Origin: Octopus sinensis | Taxonomy: Eukaryota | Assembly (NCBI RefSeq): GCF_006345805.1 | Contig: NC_043000.1 | Coordinates: forward strand, 51,770,001 to 51,834,000 | DNA length: 64,000 nt | Reading direction: 5' to 3' | In this document: in pieces, positions 51,766-64,000 of the stretch | Layout: each line of letters begins with the position of its first letter | Numbering within the stretch: the stretch's first letter is position 1 | Made by a program: the position numbers and the translations under genes | Notes under the pieces: model-generated | What the model saw: the letters and a program-made list of their open reading frames with translations, nothing else | The model's database searches: none | What the model was told of the DNA's origin: nothing

Positions 51766-52391
51766 TAGATTGCTTACAAACACACACAAACATAGATTGT
51801 TTGCTTTGCATGCACCAACACAAACAAGTATTATAGGAGCCATGGCTTCATATATGCACACTAATATGCTCCATATAAATATATAGTTAACATTGCCGGA
51901 ATCAAACACACAAATAACCTCTCTATTTACACACAGTAATTGATGGAAAACAATACATATTTGTACAAAAGTGCACATAAACGCAAACAAACAAAGCTGC
52001 AAACTATGGACATTTTTACATATATATATATATATGTGTGTGTGTTTATTCTTATTTCTCCTATGTATACATGCATCATTATAATTTACTGTTCATTGTC
52101 CATGCTGGGATAAACACATATTTACTAAGCTTTACAAATAATTATTCATGTCCCTCCACAAATATTCAAATAACCTAATTAATAAACTGTCCTAATAACT
52201 CACCAGTTTATACAAATATAAATCCTTCATCAATCACATAGACCTCTATTCATTCTTACGAACTACATGGTTCCACGTTCAGTCCCACTGCATGGTACCT
52301 TGGGCGAGTGTCTTCTATTCATTCTTCTAAATTAAATAGCATTCAAATTCAGCATACGAGCTTATGTAATTTCCCTTAAAAACATTAAACA

Positions 52392-52757
52392 TAGCCACAG
52401 GCATGGCTGTGTAGTGTGAAGCTTGCTTCCTAACCACATGGTTCTGGGTTCAGTCCTGCTACATGGCACCTTTGGCCAGTGTCTTCTACAGTAGCCTTGG
52501 ACTGACCAAAGCCTTCTGAGCAGATTTGGTAGATGGAAACTGAAAGAAGCCTGTCATGTATATATATATATGTATGTATTTATGTGTGCATGTGTTTGTG
52601 TCTGTTTGTCCCTGCCACCATCGCTTGACAACCAGTGTTGGTGTGTTTACATCCCCATAACAGTGGTTCAGCAGAAGAGATTTCTTCAACTAAAAGGCAG
52701 TGCTCCAGCATGATCGCAGCCAAATGGCTGAAACAAGTAAAAGGAAAAATAAAAGTA
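52392..52757 (+). mobile_element. SINE family B with a deletion in the 3' half
   Basis: Head, CORE-like box and tail present; the gatagaataag...ggggtcg segment is missing. Confidence 0.8.
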
Positions 52758-53244
52758 ATTCATCTTAATGTGCCCCCCCTCCCTTATTTTATACATATGT
52801 TGAGGATGTATAATATGTGAGTAATAATAACACATCTTGTGTCAGCACCAAAAATCTTTATCTTCATTAAGAATATCAAGACTGACCTAATTTGGAAAAG
52901 TACATTCCTTTGCAAGCTGGTGACAACAACGAGGGAATTGTAGATTTGAAGAATAAGTGAAATTAAATGGCTCCCCAAGGAACTGGGCCTGCAGTACACA
53001 CTTAGCTTGCTAAGAAATCATCAGCATTCAGTAGTTCATCAAATATATAATTTAGATTAATTGATTAAAACACACAAGTACCTTTTGTTTGTGTTAGCAT
53101 CTTTTCTTTTTTATATCTTTCGAGGTTGATGTTAAGAATAAAAGAAAGATTTCACAATTAGTGTCGTATGAAATATCATATTTCGATAGCCACAAGCTAT
53201 TGCAGCACACAACAAATCCTCCTTTGTTATTCCTATTATTTTAT

Positions 53245-53870
53245 TCTTTCAGTACTTAGGCTGCAGCTGTATTGGAATACGGCTATGAAGAAGTTTAGTC
53301 AAATGAATTGACCCCCAGTACTTATATTAATTTTCTTAAGCCTGGTATTTGTTCTATCAGTCTCTTTTGCTGAACTGTTAAGTTACATATTTCTTTATTT
53401 GCTCACAGGGGGCTAAACATAGAGGGGACAAACAAGGACAGACCGAGGGATTAAGTCCAATACATCGACCCCCAGTGCGTAACTGATACTTAATTTATCA
53501 ACCCCGAAAGGATGAAAGGCAAAGTTGACCTCGGCGGAATTTGAACTCAGAACGTAAAGACAGATGAAATGCCACTAAGCATTTCGTCTGGCATGCTAAC
53601 AATACTGCCAGCTCCCCACCTTACTGTTAAGTTACAGGGATGTAAACACATCCTCCGCTGCATTCATGTTTGTCACCCACCACTGCTTGTCAAGCACTGG
53701 TGGGTGATGAACATGGACACACACACACACACACACATTCACATCTCAGACTTCTTTCAGTATGAGCGTATAGTAGGAGACATTTACCCAAGGTGCCACA
53801 CAGTGGGACTGAACCTGGAACCATGTGGTTGGGAAACAAACTTCTTACCACACTGCCATGTCTGCACCTA
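53245..53870 (-). mobile_element. SINE family B, diverged, interrupted by a family A copy
   Basis: Family B tail at 53245-53387, body and head at 53623-53870. Confidence 0.75.
53388..53622 (-). mobile_element. SINE family A nested in family B, with a perfect 14-bp TSD
   Basis: actgttaagttaca at 53374-53387 and 53623-53636. Confidence 0.9.
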
Positions 53871-54376
53871 CTTGTGTAAATTAGCTCCAAGATCGCTTAA
53901 CTCTAACAACAAAAGCCATGTGATGGCCGTTTGTATTGTTCTTTTGGTATGATTTGGTAGTATTTTAAGATTGATGAAGTAGTTACAATACATGACATGA
54001 AAACTCACTTTTCTCTCCCATGATAGTTTTAAGATTTATAATGTTATTGGATTTTTAACTTTTTATAAAAAAAAAAAAACAGATTATTTTTTGATAACTT
54101 AAAACATGATTAAATATAAAATACAATACCGGAGGGGAAAAAAAAAAAAAGATAGTCAAAATCCAGCTATATAATTTGAAATAGAGATTAAAACAATAGT
54201 TAAAGGCAATGAAAAGAAGCACCACATGAAAATATGAATAAATCATTATGTGCTGCTTTTTACCCATAGGTCACTGACTGGAATCATTAAAAAACTATAT
54301 CTCTAACATAATGTCTTCTTTATGAGGCTCAGCTTCCAAAGATCATTTCCTAACATTTCTTTACAAGTTTTCTTAA

Positions 54377-54595
54377 CCCTTTAGCATTCAGATTATTCTA
54401 TCAAACATAATGCCTATTGATTCCCATTGATTTGAATTAATCATGCATTATCTCATATCTTCAAGATCTTGATGGTGTAATTACTTAATGTAGAATAACA
54501 TTGTAGGGTAGGTGTGAGAGCCTGGATCTGGTCAGTTTGAACATTAAACAGATTAACTATTTTGGCCGGATATGGCCGGTTTAAATACTAAAGGA
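54377..54595. mobile_element. piggyBac-type MITE, family P2
   Basis: TTAA|ccctttagcatt ... aatactaaagga|TTAA; body unrelated to P1. Confidence 0.75.
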
Positions 54596-54660
54596 TTAAG
54601 CCTTCTTCTTACACAAGTTTCTTCCATTTACTTGACAGTTTACCCAACTGTCAACCTACA

Positions 54661-54840
54661 CCTACCAATCACTGTCTTCTCTCTTGCACACTATATCTGA
54701 TTCCTCTTGGACCCAGTTTTCTCATTGTTTATTTGTTCTGTATCATCCAGTGGAGCACGTTTACTTCATTTCATGCCAACTTTCACGTTTTCTTCATTTA
54801 AGGCCAATGCTTTTCTATCACACTGTGTCACTTTTCATAT
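54661..54840 (-). mobile_element. Decayed RTE-clade LINE ORF fragment
   Basis: The minus strand gives ALNEENVKV, then after a frameshift NEVNVLHWM and MRKLGPRGIRYSVQERRQ, resembling the RTE C-terminal E..ML.WM ... I...VQERRLRW region; stops present. Confidence 0.5.
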
Positions 54841-56407
54841 ACAGACATCATATTATTTGCCTTAAGAAAGGATCCTGTAGTTGTTTGCAGAAGTAATAGC
54901 TCCCTGAACTTTTTCCTACCTTGTTCTTCTTAGTCCAGCTACTATGCATTCAGAACACCTTCTTTCCTGCTAATAAAGTCATATAGCAGCAACTTCAAGG
55001 AAATATTCTGCATATTTCATGAAATTTATGTTAATTTATGTAGATTGTAAGAAACAGTCCATCAGTGTATTAGCAGAGATTATTGATGCAGTGATATTGC
55101 CTATAGTTAAACTATTCTGTCATATTTTCTGACCGCCTCTGAGATTGATCTATTTCTCTATCCAAAATTTGCTTACTCCTCTAACTCTTGTGCTGTGAAT
55201 AACTTACAAGAATTTGTTCCTTTTACTGGATGTGAAGGTTCTTGCTAAAGCTATCTGTCATCTTAAGTGTTAGATACAGCACTCTTGTCTCAGTTCTAGT
55301 ATTTCTGTAATCTCATCAGATTTTTTTTCACGTTGCTACTATCATTTTTCTTATTGTAATAACAGCATTTCTCAGGCAGCAATAAATGAAACATAAACGA
55401 AAACTGTTTAGTTTTATTGCTTTCTTTTTTTCTCTCTTCCACTGCAGAAATGTTCTACCAAATCTTTGTTAGTCACTTTGTGTAACAATACCCCCCCCCC
55501 CCGATGTTGGTGCCAAATATTTGATTTAGTATTGCTGTCTCTTTTATCAATTAAGCTATAAGTCAAAGAAAGTAAATGATATGTTTGTTTCCAAAAATGT
55601 GAATTTTGTTAAAGTTTATAGAAGGTAAATAATTCTATTTGTTCATGAGTGTAAATAAATGATGAATGGCTGATTTAATGGCTTAGTAAACAATTAAATG
55701 AGCCATAAAAGTACAAACCAATGCTTTGTATACAATCTCTGATGTGTTTATTTAAGCCCATGGTACAGTTCTCCTAATGTCTTTATTTGTATGGCTGATT
55801 ATCACAGGGTGACAGAGTTTACCATTGAGCAGCATCAGTACTGTCTTTGACTGAATAAATTAATAACTGCTGTGAGACAAACCACCAGGGAAGCTATGAC
55901 TGAGTGAACTCAAAATTATCTGAGAAAGACAGGAGATATTTATGGAAGTATAAGTGTATATTTATACCCACTGAAATTTTTATCACTTAATTTGACAGAA
56001 TAATGGCAGGTGCTTCATCATGATATAAGTAATGCAGTCATCTAGAATGTGATAGATACAAAGTGTGAGTCTTGTCTTAGACTAATGCCTATAATGTTGT
56101 ATTTATATTAAAATCTTAAAGATTAATTTATAAGTTGTCTAACCTGAAGAAGTGGCTGCATGTTATGACCTTAAAGGAACAGGCCTCTAGGACAACCTAA
56201 ATAAATTTTTATGCACACACACGTGCACACATGCACACACAATCACTAGCTCTTAACCATGAGAAAAGAAGAGGGTGTCATTTTAGCAGTTTACAAGTCC
56301 TTTATATTTAAATTTGAAAGTGCTGAATTATATTCTACAAACTTATAAGCATTTAGAAAATGGTTCTTGAATTTGGATTTGAATTTATATGAAGTTCTTA
56401 TTTGATT

Positions 56408-56500
56408 TACATTATTTACAGTTGATGGATATTTGTCCTCATCTTGTTTGTTGTTAACACAATGTTTTGGCTGATATATCTGTCAAATGTAAATAATGTA
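56408..56500. repeat. Fold-back element with 25-bp inverted repeats
   Basis: tacattatttacagttgatggatat (56408-56432) versus the reverse complement of 56476-56500, tacattatttacatttgacagatat; 22/25 match. Confidence 0.8.
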
Positions 56501-57557
56501 CATAATTCCTCATATAGAACTGTTTTATTTTATTTGTTGTATTATAAGAGAAGTTCAAATAGCATACAGGATAATATCTACTATCTATTGAATAATAGTA
56601 CCTTATAGAATGAGTACTTCAAAGATTATGACACAACAAGAAATTATGACATCAGAAAGATAAAATTTGTTGATAACGTTCTGTGAAAGATCACCCAGAT
56701 ACATGTAAGGAGGATCATACAAGTACATTTATGAGCTAATCAATAGAATAGATCAGTATCAATCACCAATAGCTGAAGAAATTGGTTGTAAGAATGGTAA
56801 CAAAAGGACATGTGCTGATTGTCTAATTTAAGCTCCTCACTTTGAAGAAGTTATTTTTCTGTGTACATTAAGATCTTTGAAAAACTCACAAAACTATTTC
56901 CAATGCACAATAAATGAATATTGCATTTGAGTGATAACTAATAGGACTTCATACTTATAATGATGTTACGATTTTATATTAAGACATATTAAGTGAAAGG
57001 TGATGAATTTATCAAGTTACACTCTAGAACTCAATGCTGTCACGACTATATTTCTAATGAAATACATTATCAATGGCCTTCTATTAATAACTGTTTCATT
57101 ATCATGCTGGTGTTAAGATAACTCATGAAAAGATTCTTTCATTAAATTATATTGGAAGATTTTAGTTTTGTTTCATAGAGACTGGGGTATGTATGATCTC
57201 AGCTAGACTTGTCAAAAGATTTAAGGAGACCAATGGTTTTCTTTATCAGTAATATTCCATTTTTATAAAGATTCAGCATTCCTTGGTCCTTTATATGACA
57301 GTATATTCTTTCCAGGTATCTTAGTTTCCCACTAAAAGACTTTATATGTTAAAGACTCTATGTTTACTCAGTTCACTCTTTGTTAATCCTCCCCAGTTTT
57401 GCAGCTGATGTTTTGCACTTTTACTCTTCATCAGTCATCAGTTATCTTTTAGACTTCAATCAACAAATTTTTAGCTACATCATGCCTATTTTTTTCATGC
57501 TACTATAAATAGCTATTATCGGATAAATTGTTTTTACAACTATATATATTTGTATAT

Positions 57558-57862
57558 TGTTTGTTCCCTCTCAAGCCATGCCTGGCTCATAATGGGCCGG
57601 TTTCCCGGTTTCATTGGCATATAGGTTCCCCACCTGGATGGAACGTCGGTCCATCACCGGTGAGCTACTATAGGCAGGAGGAAAGAGTGAGGGAAAGTTG
57701 TGGCGAAAGAGTCAGCAGAAGTTCGCTATTATCTTCTGGTGGAGCCGCATGGAGCTTAGGTGTTTTGCTCATAAACACACACATCGCCTGGTCTGAGATT
57801 CAAACCTGTGATCCCTCGACTGCAAGTCTGCTGCTCTAACCACTAGGCCATGTGCCTCCACG
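57558..57862 (-). mobile_element. tRNA-derived SINE family G with 11-bp TSD
   Basis: Reverse complement head gtggaggcacatggcctagtggttagagcagcagacttgcagtcgagggatcacaggtttgaatctc (A and B boxes); tatttgtatat at 57547-57557 and 57863-57873. Confidence 0.85.
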
Positions 57863-58426
57863 TATTTGTATATAATAACTAAGAGAAAAACCTGTTGTAA
57901 TTCAAGTATTGTTATCATCATCATTTAACGCCCACCTTCCATGCTGGCATGGGTTGGACGACAAGTAATCTGAAGAAAATTAACTTATTTGAATAGCCTA
58001 GAGACACTTATGATTCCATGATCAGAATCTAGTATCTTAAACAGTCTAGCAAAATGGCATATTATTTTTTCTTTGGCTCAGCAATTTCCATGGCACTGAA
58101 GTAACTAAGCCCTGGTCTTCTCTACTATAAAAACTCAGAAACAAGCAGAATGTACAGTTGGGAGATTGTTGTACATATTATTAAGTGCTGATTAAATTCT
58201 TAATTGTTCAGTTAACAAGTACACACAAATTTGTTTTCTTCATTCCCTTGAAAACAAAAACTGAAGAAGAACAAAAAAAAAATATCCAAAATAAGTGAAA
58301 AGAAAAATTCATTCTCCTTTGTGAAGTCTTAAATAATAAATTGGCTATTTTCAATTTGCACTAAAAATCATTTAAGAACTTCAATTATTTGTAAGATTAA
58401 TATTTTTATTCTTTTAAACATTATCA

Positions 58427-58429
<3 letters not shown>

Positions 58430-58471
<42 letters not shown>

Positions 58472-58485
58472 CATTATTATTATTA

Positions 58486-58530
<45 letters not shown>
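58430..58530. repeat. (ATT)n microsatellite
   Basis: Directly visible; gives the poly-N pseudo-ORF 58368-58553. Confidence 0.95.
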
Positions 58531-58531
<1 letters not shown>

Positions 58532-59317
58532 CAAATGAGATTTTATTTTCCATGTTCTTTTTTCATTTTGTTTCTGTTAAAGTTATTCTTTAGTAATGTA
58601 TTTAAAGGAATCATTTTCAAATTTGACATTTTACAAAATTGAAAGCAAATTTAATTCAACACCAAACAGTCATAACTAGTTCTTGCTTCAGTTGATGTTA
58701 ATTTACAAAGATACGTCTCATGTTTCTCTGGAAAGATTAACTTTCCATCTAAAGTGAAGTCATTACCAGTTTTACCGTCTCTACAATCTCGTTTCTTAAA
58801 ATTCTCAGGATGACTAAACCATTTCACTGAATCAAGAGGTATCATTATCAGCATCCTCACTGTACTCATCTTCATTAAGGTCAACCTAATTGTCATCAGT
58901 CCTCATTAATATTGCTACTAACATCACTACCACCACTATTACTTTCACCATCATTACCACCACCACCATCATCATCAGTATCATCATCAGCTTATATGTG
59001 TAAAAAAGGTACTCAACAAAGCTTTTAACTCTCGGTAGAATTTCCTTTTATAAAATGATGGGTAATATCATTTTTAACAAAATTTTTCTTTTTAAAGCTT
59101 TAATACAGTTTCTTCTGTTTCTTTCCTCCTAAAAATAGTTTTTAAAAAAATTTTTAATGAGCATTTGGAAGTAATTAACTTGCTGAATGTTTGAAGAACA
59201 AGATTCATGGTTCATTAGTCAAGTGTTTAAATTCTACTTTTTAATTTGAGTTGTGTTGTTGTTGTTGTTTAGCTCCAGGTCAATCCTAATCAAGCAAATC
59301 TCTGGTGAAAGACATTC

Positions 59318-59717
59318 TAGGCATGGCTGCGTGGTTAAGAAGCTTGCTCTGCAACCATGTGGTTTTAGGTTCAATACTGCAGCACAGAACCTTGGGCAAA
59401 TGTCTTCTACTATTGCTCCAGGCCAACCAATGCCTTGTAGGTAAATTTTTAAATAGATAGAAACTGTGTGGAAGCCCATTGTGTGTGCATGCATGTGTGT
59501 TTGTGTGGGAGTTGACCCCCACCACCAACTCTTTACAATCAATGCTGGTTTGTTTACATTCCCATGACTTAGTAGTTTGGCAAAGTAGGTCAATTTTCAA
59601 CACCAAACTTAAAATATACGTATTGAGATTGATTTGCTTGACTAAAATCCCTTCAAAGTAGTGCTGCAGCATGACCACATTTAGATGGCTGAAACATGAA
59701 AAAAATAAAAGATGAAT
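59318..59717 (+). mobile_element. SINE family B, old diverged copy
   Basis: gcatggctgcgtggttaagaagcttgc...ccttgggcaaatgtcttctac...gcagcatgaccac...ggctgaaaca. Confidence 0.75.
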
Positions 59718-59927
59718 ATATGATAATCCTGTCTTTCTCTTATGCTAAGGGAATCCAAGAACACATTCAGTGTTATCACTTTTCTAAGAGTGTAATGATT
59801 TGAGGAAGATTTTGCAGCTATTTCTAATAGTGTACAGCCACATTGAAGGTCCCCTGTACAGTGTGGTCTGGATGCCACAGTGTTTGAAAATAGCAAAATG
59901 GCTGCTGATGAATATATAGATGTAGGT

Positions 59928-60007
59928 CAGTGGTTTCCAACCCCTTTATTTAAATGAGTTTTCCCACGGCCCCCTTTTAATATGCTTATTTTTATATATA
60001 TACATAC

Positions 60008-60066
<59 letters not shown>

Positions 60067-60195
60067 TGTATATACATATATATATATATATATTATATAT
60101 ATATATATATATATGAAATTTTGCATTTAGTTTTCAGACCCTCAGCACTACCTTTGCAGACCAGGGGTCCATAGACCCCAGTTTGGGAACCACTG
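59928..60195. mobile_element. hAT (Charlie-like) MITE containing a long (TA)n
   Basis: cagtggtttccaac ... gtttgggaaccactg; the 8-bp flanks atgtaggt / acatagat match at 5/8 and both keep the central TAG. Confidence 0.75.
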
Positions 60196-63100
60196 ACATA
60201 GATATATGTAAAAGTTCTTTGAATTGTGTCTTTAGTCATCAAGTCTATATTTTTGTTTCAGTATGTTTCACTTCGAAACGGTAATTTTTTCCACCTCATG
60301 ATCCAATTATTCTCTAAGAAGTTGTTTTACAAATTGCAGTTTTCTAATTTTATCACCTTCTTTATCATCATCATGAATGTTAAATGATGATGGTGATATG
60401 ATAATGATGGTGTAATTAGAAAAGAGCAGTTTTGTAAAACAACTAGTTCAGAGATTAACAAATACATTTCTTAACAAATGTATATCTTCCTTTCATTTAA
60501 ATATCTAAAATTCTGTAATATATAAATATGTCAAACTGAAGTTACTTCGTGGTAGGTGGGTAGCTTATTCAAATAACACCTCAGTAAGAATCCATGGTTT
60601 ATATCCCATCACCAACATTGTGTTGTGTTCTTAGAAAAACACTCAAAATTTCTTGATTCAATCTATCTACTTAGATGTACCATGAATAGGCCCAACAAAT
60701 GATCATAAATAATGAAATTGTTAGGAATTACTAACTTACAGTGTTAAATTTCATGTTCATCTTATGGGGTATGATAGCTTCTAACACACAAAAGCACTAT
60801 TTAGTATATACTGTCTCATCTCCCACTGTGCCAAAGCAGATTTCATCAGAATTATTTGCTCTGAACAAGAAGTTTTATTTCAATTCATTGGTTTCAAGTT
60901 TAGGAAATGAGAAAAAAAAATATTATAACTTTTTTTTAGAAATTTATTTTACATATATATAATTTTTTTTTCTTTGCATGAATTGTAAATTTTCACAGAC
61001 ACATTTGAAATATAAGTTTAACAATGAGAAAATTATACAAATAATTTCATCATTATCATAACTGTCATCATCAACACTAACACTACGACAACCATATAAC
61101 CAATGCCATGGGTTCAATTTTGTTACATAATTGGACAGCCCTTAACTTTCATTTCTGAACAGAATTATGCTTTGGGTTAACCATTTAAAAACTCATAAGC
61201 AGTTGATGTTGTCTTATCATTCTTTTCCATGTGTGTATATATATATATATATACATTTCTAGAGTATTGCAGAAACAGAAGGAAGCTAACCTAGATATCT
61301 AAACGCTTCACTGTTTTCTGCTAGGAATGCTATTTATTGTGATCTATGCAAGCTGATTCATGTAATTTGTGAGCAAAACATGATCAATAATAGTGTAATG
61401 CAGGGTTTAAATACATAGCCACGCAACATGCTTTGGCTATAATTAAAAGGTATAAGATTTGCTATAATTTGATATTTAATTCCCTAATTATCTTTGATAA
61501 TTAACTATTTTGTATTAAATTAACAATGAAATAGTTGATATGTTTCTTATTTTATTTTACATGGAGGGTTGTTTTTCTATATTTATCAAAAAGATTACTT
61601 CACAAAATTTCCGACGAAATAAATCTTTGATGAAATTGTTATCAAATAAATACACCTAGAATAGGGAGATACACATTTGAAACAATGATTTTAACTACAT
61701 TGTTTTTTGTTGTTGTTGTTAATTACTGTTGAGGATTTTTTTGAACTAAAATGAACTTTTTCTGCTTGCTGTTACGTTTCTTGGATAAGCCAATTAGTTA
61801 CTTTTGCAACCGTGTTGATTAACTCACAATTTATCTTCTAATTTGATGTTTTGAGGCAAGTGTTTAGAAAACATCTATATCTTTTTACACTAACCCCCTC
61901 CCTGCTCTCTCTCTCTCTCTCTCTCTTACATACACACAAGGGTGCCAGTATGCAGAAATAGCAGCCAAGCCTTCCTTAAATCATGCCCGCACATCTTAAA
62001 CGAGTGACTCATTGGATATTGTAGTTTGAAACACACTGTTTGGAAAGAAAAATAGAAAAAAATGGCCAAAAAGTTGTACTTAGTTATGGTTTTGCTCAAC
62101 CAGTGCTTACATGAGGTTTACAGACAATAACACCAGAATGTGTAATTACTAATATAATGTTCTTATATATAATACCAAAGTTTCATATGGAAGACAGCAA
62201 GTAGGTGTTCAAGTGTCAAGTGTAGAAAGTAACCATTATTGAGGACTTACCTAATTGTGCATTTTGAAATAAAACTATGGAAAGCTGTTTTATTCTGTGA
62301 TATTACTGAAAGGAATGATAGATTTATAACTTATTCCAATTTAAAACTTCATTAAGTTCGTGTAATGTGAGGAGATATGGATTCTAAGATTCTTGGTCGA
62401 GCTCAGCAGGAAGAAGCGAAGAGTAGTATGTATCTATAAATGGAGTTGAAGATTTAAAAAAAAAAGTTTGAAGAGCATCATGATCAAGCAGTGCAGATGA
62501 TGATCACCTACCAGACTAATGATGCAAAAAAGCGGACAGAAGTAGAGCAAAAATTTTGAAGTATCTTTATGCATATGAGTAAAGTGATATATGTATAAAT
62601 GTGCTTACACTTCTTCCACATACAAGCAAAGAAAACATAAAGAGTTAAAAGAATTTAAAATACAAATGATAGTTCTATATTCTTGCTTGGTCTACATGTC
62701 TGGTATATCTGTATGTATACATGAATACATGCTTGTATTCATACACATAAATGATTAAGCATTCACACTGACATATAAAGACATATATACATTATGTAGA
62801 AGGTATGTAAAGCAAGATCATTTGGGAAGAAAAAGGGGAGAGAATGAGGTGTGACTGGGAAAGAGATAATATTTGGAAGGTAATTTTTGAAGAAAATTAA
62901 CTAGAAACTTGCAGAAGAGGAATGACATTGTATGGGCTTAGGTTTATGATGATAATAACAATCTTTAGCAAGAGCATATGTAACCATATCAGTGAACTGG
63001 CATCAGAGCTTCAAAAAATAGAGAAAAAAAATTTAAAAGCTGATTATAAAAATGTAGATGAGTAACAATTAAAAGGAAAATCATTCATTTGTATCAACAA

Positions 63101-64000
63101 AACAAAAATTGTCTAAGGCTAAGGCAACATGCTTAGCTTTATGGATATAAGAAAATATATGTGAGCAGATTTACAGACCAATAAGTAGTTCAGTGGAGTG
63201 CTCTAACAACTTGAATGTTGGGATGGCTTAGCATATTGAGATGCCCTTGGTATTGTGGATATGAAGGTTTTTATTGAAGAGGTCATCTACAAGGTTACCC
63301 ACTTTTGTGTAGATGTAGAGTATTGTAGAGCTTGTAAGCATTGTAGTATAAATACTTTGGAAGAACTGCAGTTGAATGATTTTTCATTGTGGTGTTGAAA
63401 ATTGAGAAATAAGTATGACCTTGGGAAGAGAGCATTTGTAGGTTCTCAGATTAATGAGATTGCCTCTTTTATAGGAAACTAGAGGAAATTTGGAGCAGTT
63501 ACAGGGTCAGAGAAAAGAAAGATTATTTCAGAGTTTGCTTCTCATTTTATTCAAATACAGTTTATTCTGATTAAAAAAACAAAAAATTTTATATAGTCAG
63601 TTAAACACATCCCTTGTCACTCATCTTGAAAGAAATTACACCAAAATGCACTCATAAGCATTTTTAGAACAAGCTGAGCATTGAAAGGCCTGACAGTCTC
63701 TAGGATGAGTCTTTTAAATGTTTGTAGCCCACCAGCATGGTCTTTAGTAAAATCCTATCCTGCAAGTGCTCCTGATATTCAAACCCCACCTTGTACTTCA
63801 TCAACATATTTGTTGGTAAGACAAAAGCCCAAAGAGTGTTTCAATTCAGGTGGTTTCAGGAGGTACAGTACTGAGCAATACATGCATTGCTGGGTAGATT
63901 CATGTCATATTGGATGTTAAAAGTTAATCTTTTTATCTTTCCATTTTTTTTTCTTTCTATCAATCATGATATATTGCAGCATTCATTTATATTATGTTAA

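Noticed and set aside
1472-59678. Track ORFs with recurring phrases such as KDERQSRPWQNLN, LKAVLQHGRSQMTETSK and HSGTEPGTMWLVSKLL (e.g. 1472-1774, 11737-12332, 34936-35423, 38213-38497, 53569-53952, 59234-59678)
   Set aside because: They fall inside SINE families A, B and C; the similarity comes from repeated non-coding DNA.
60262-60285. cgaaacggta resembling a hammerhead 3' half
   Set aside because: No helix II or core in the right position; it is just a gtttc/gaaac hairpin.
63200-63920. Possible decayed RT/transposase (LPKV, YVDE words on the minus strand) and ORF 63681-63920
   Set aside because: Isolated short words with no supporting motifs or continuous frame.
1-64000. CRISPR arrays, operons, rRNA or functional tRNA genes
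   Set aside because: The DNA is eukaryotic and intron-like; there is no repeat-spacer array, and the tRNA-like sequences are SINE heads without a complete cloverleaf.

Overview
AT-rich eukaryotic genomic DNA with a heavy load of microsatellites and short interspersed repeats. The repeat families, (TA)n load and sparse exons suggest an octopod or other coleoid cephalopod; this is inferred from sequence character, not from a database search. Only one convincing coding segment was found: a 196-nt internal exon (28454-28649, + strand, phase 1 to phase 2) encoding the N-terminal half of a CUB domain, possibly of a SOL-1-like protein. The rest appears to be very large intron or flanking DNA. It contains at least four tRNA-derived SINE-like families, a tandem-subunit family ending in (GAT)n, truncated CR1/L2 and RTE LINE ends, and short DNA-transposon derivatives (Tc1, mariner-like, piggyBac, hAT, Tigger). 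There is also a CpG-retaining block at about 5.3-7.1 kb. The most interesting signals are hammerhead-ribozyme-like motifs of the Penelope type, including a three-copy family with a non-canonical CUG-U-N-GA core, a 3' tail shared by a SINE and a LINE-like end, nested insertions with clean TSDs, and inverted SINE pairs that could form dsRNA in the pre-mRNA. Nearly all ORFs in the supplied track are microsatellite or repeat artefacts. Family letters A-G are my own labels. Most repeat boundaries are approximate to about 10 bp; TSD and TIR coordinates were counted directly.
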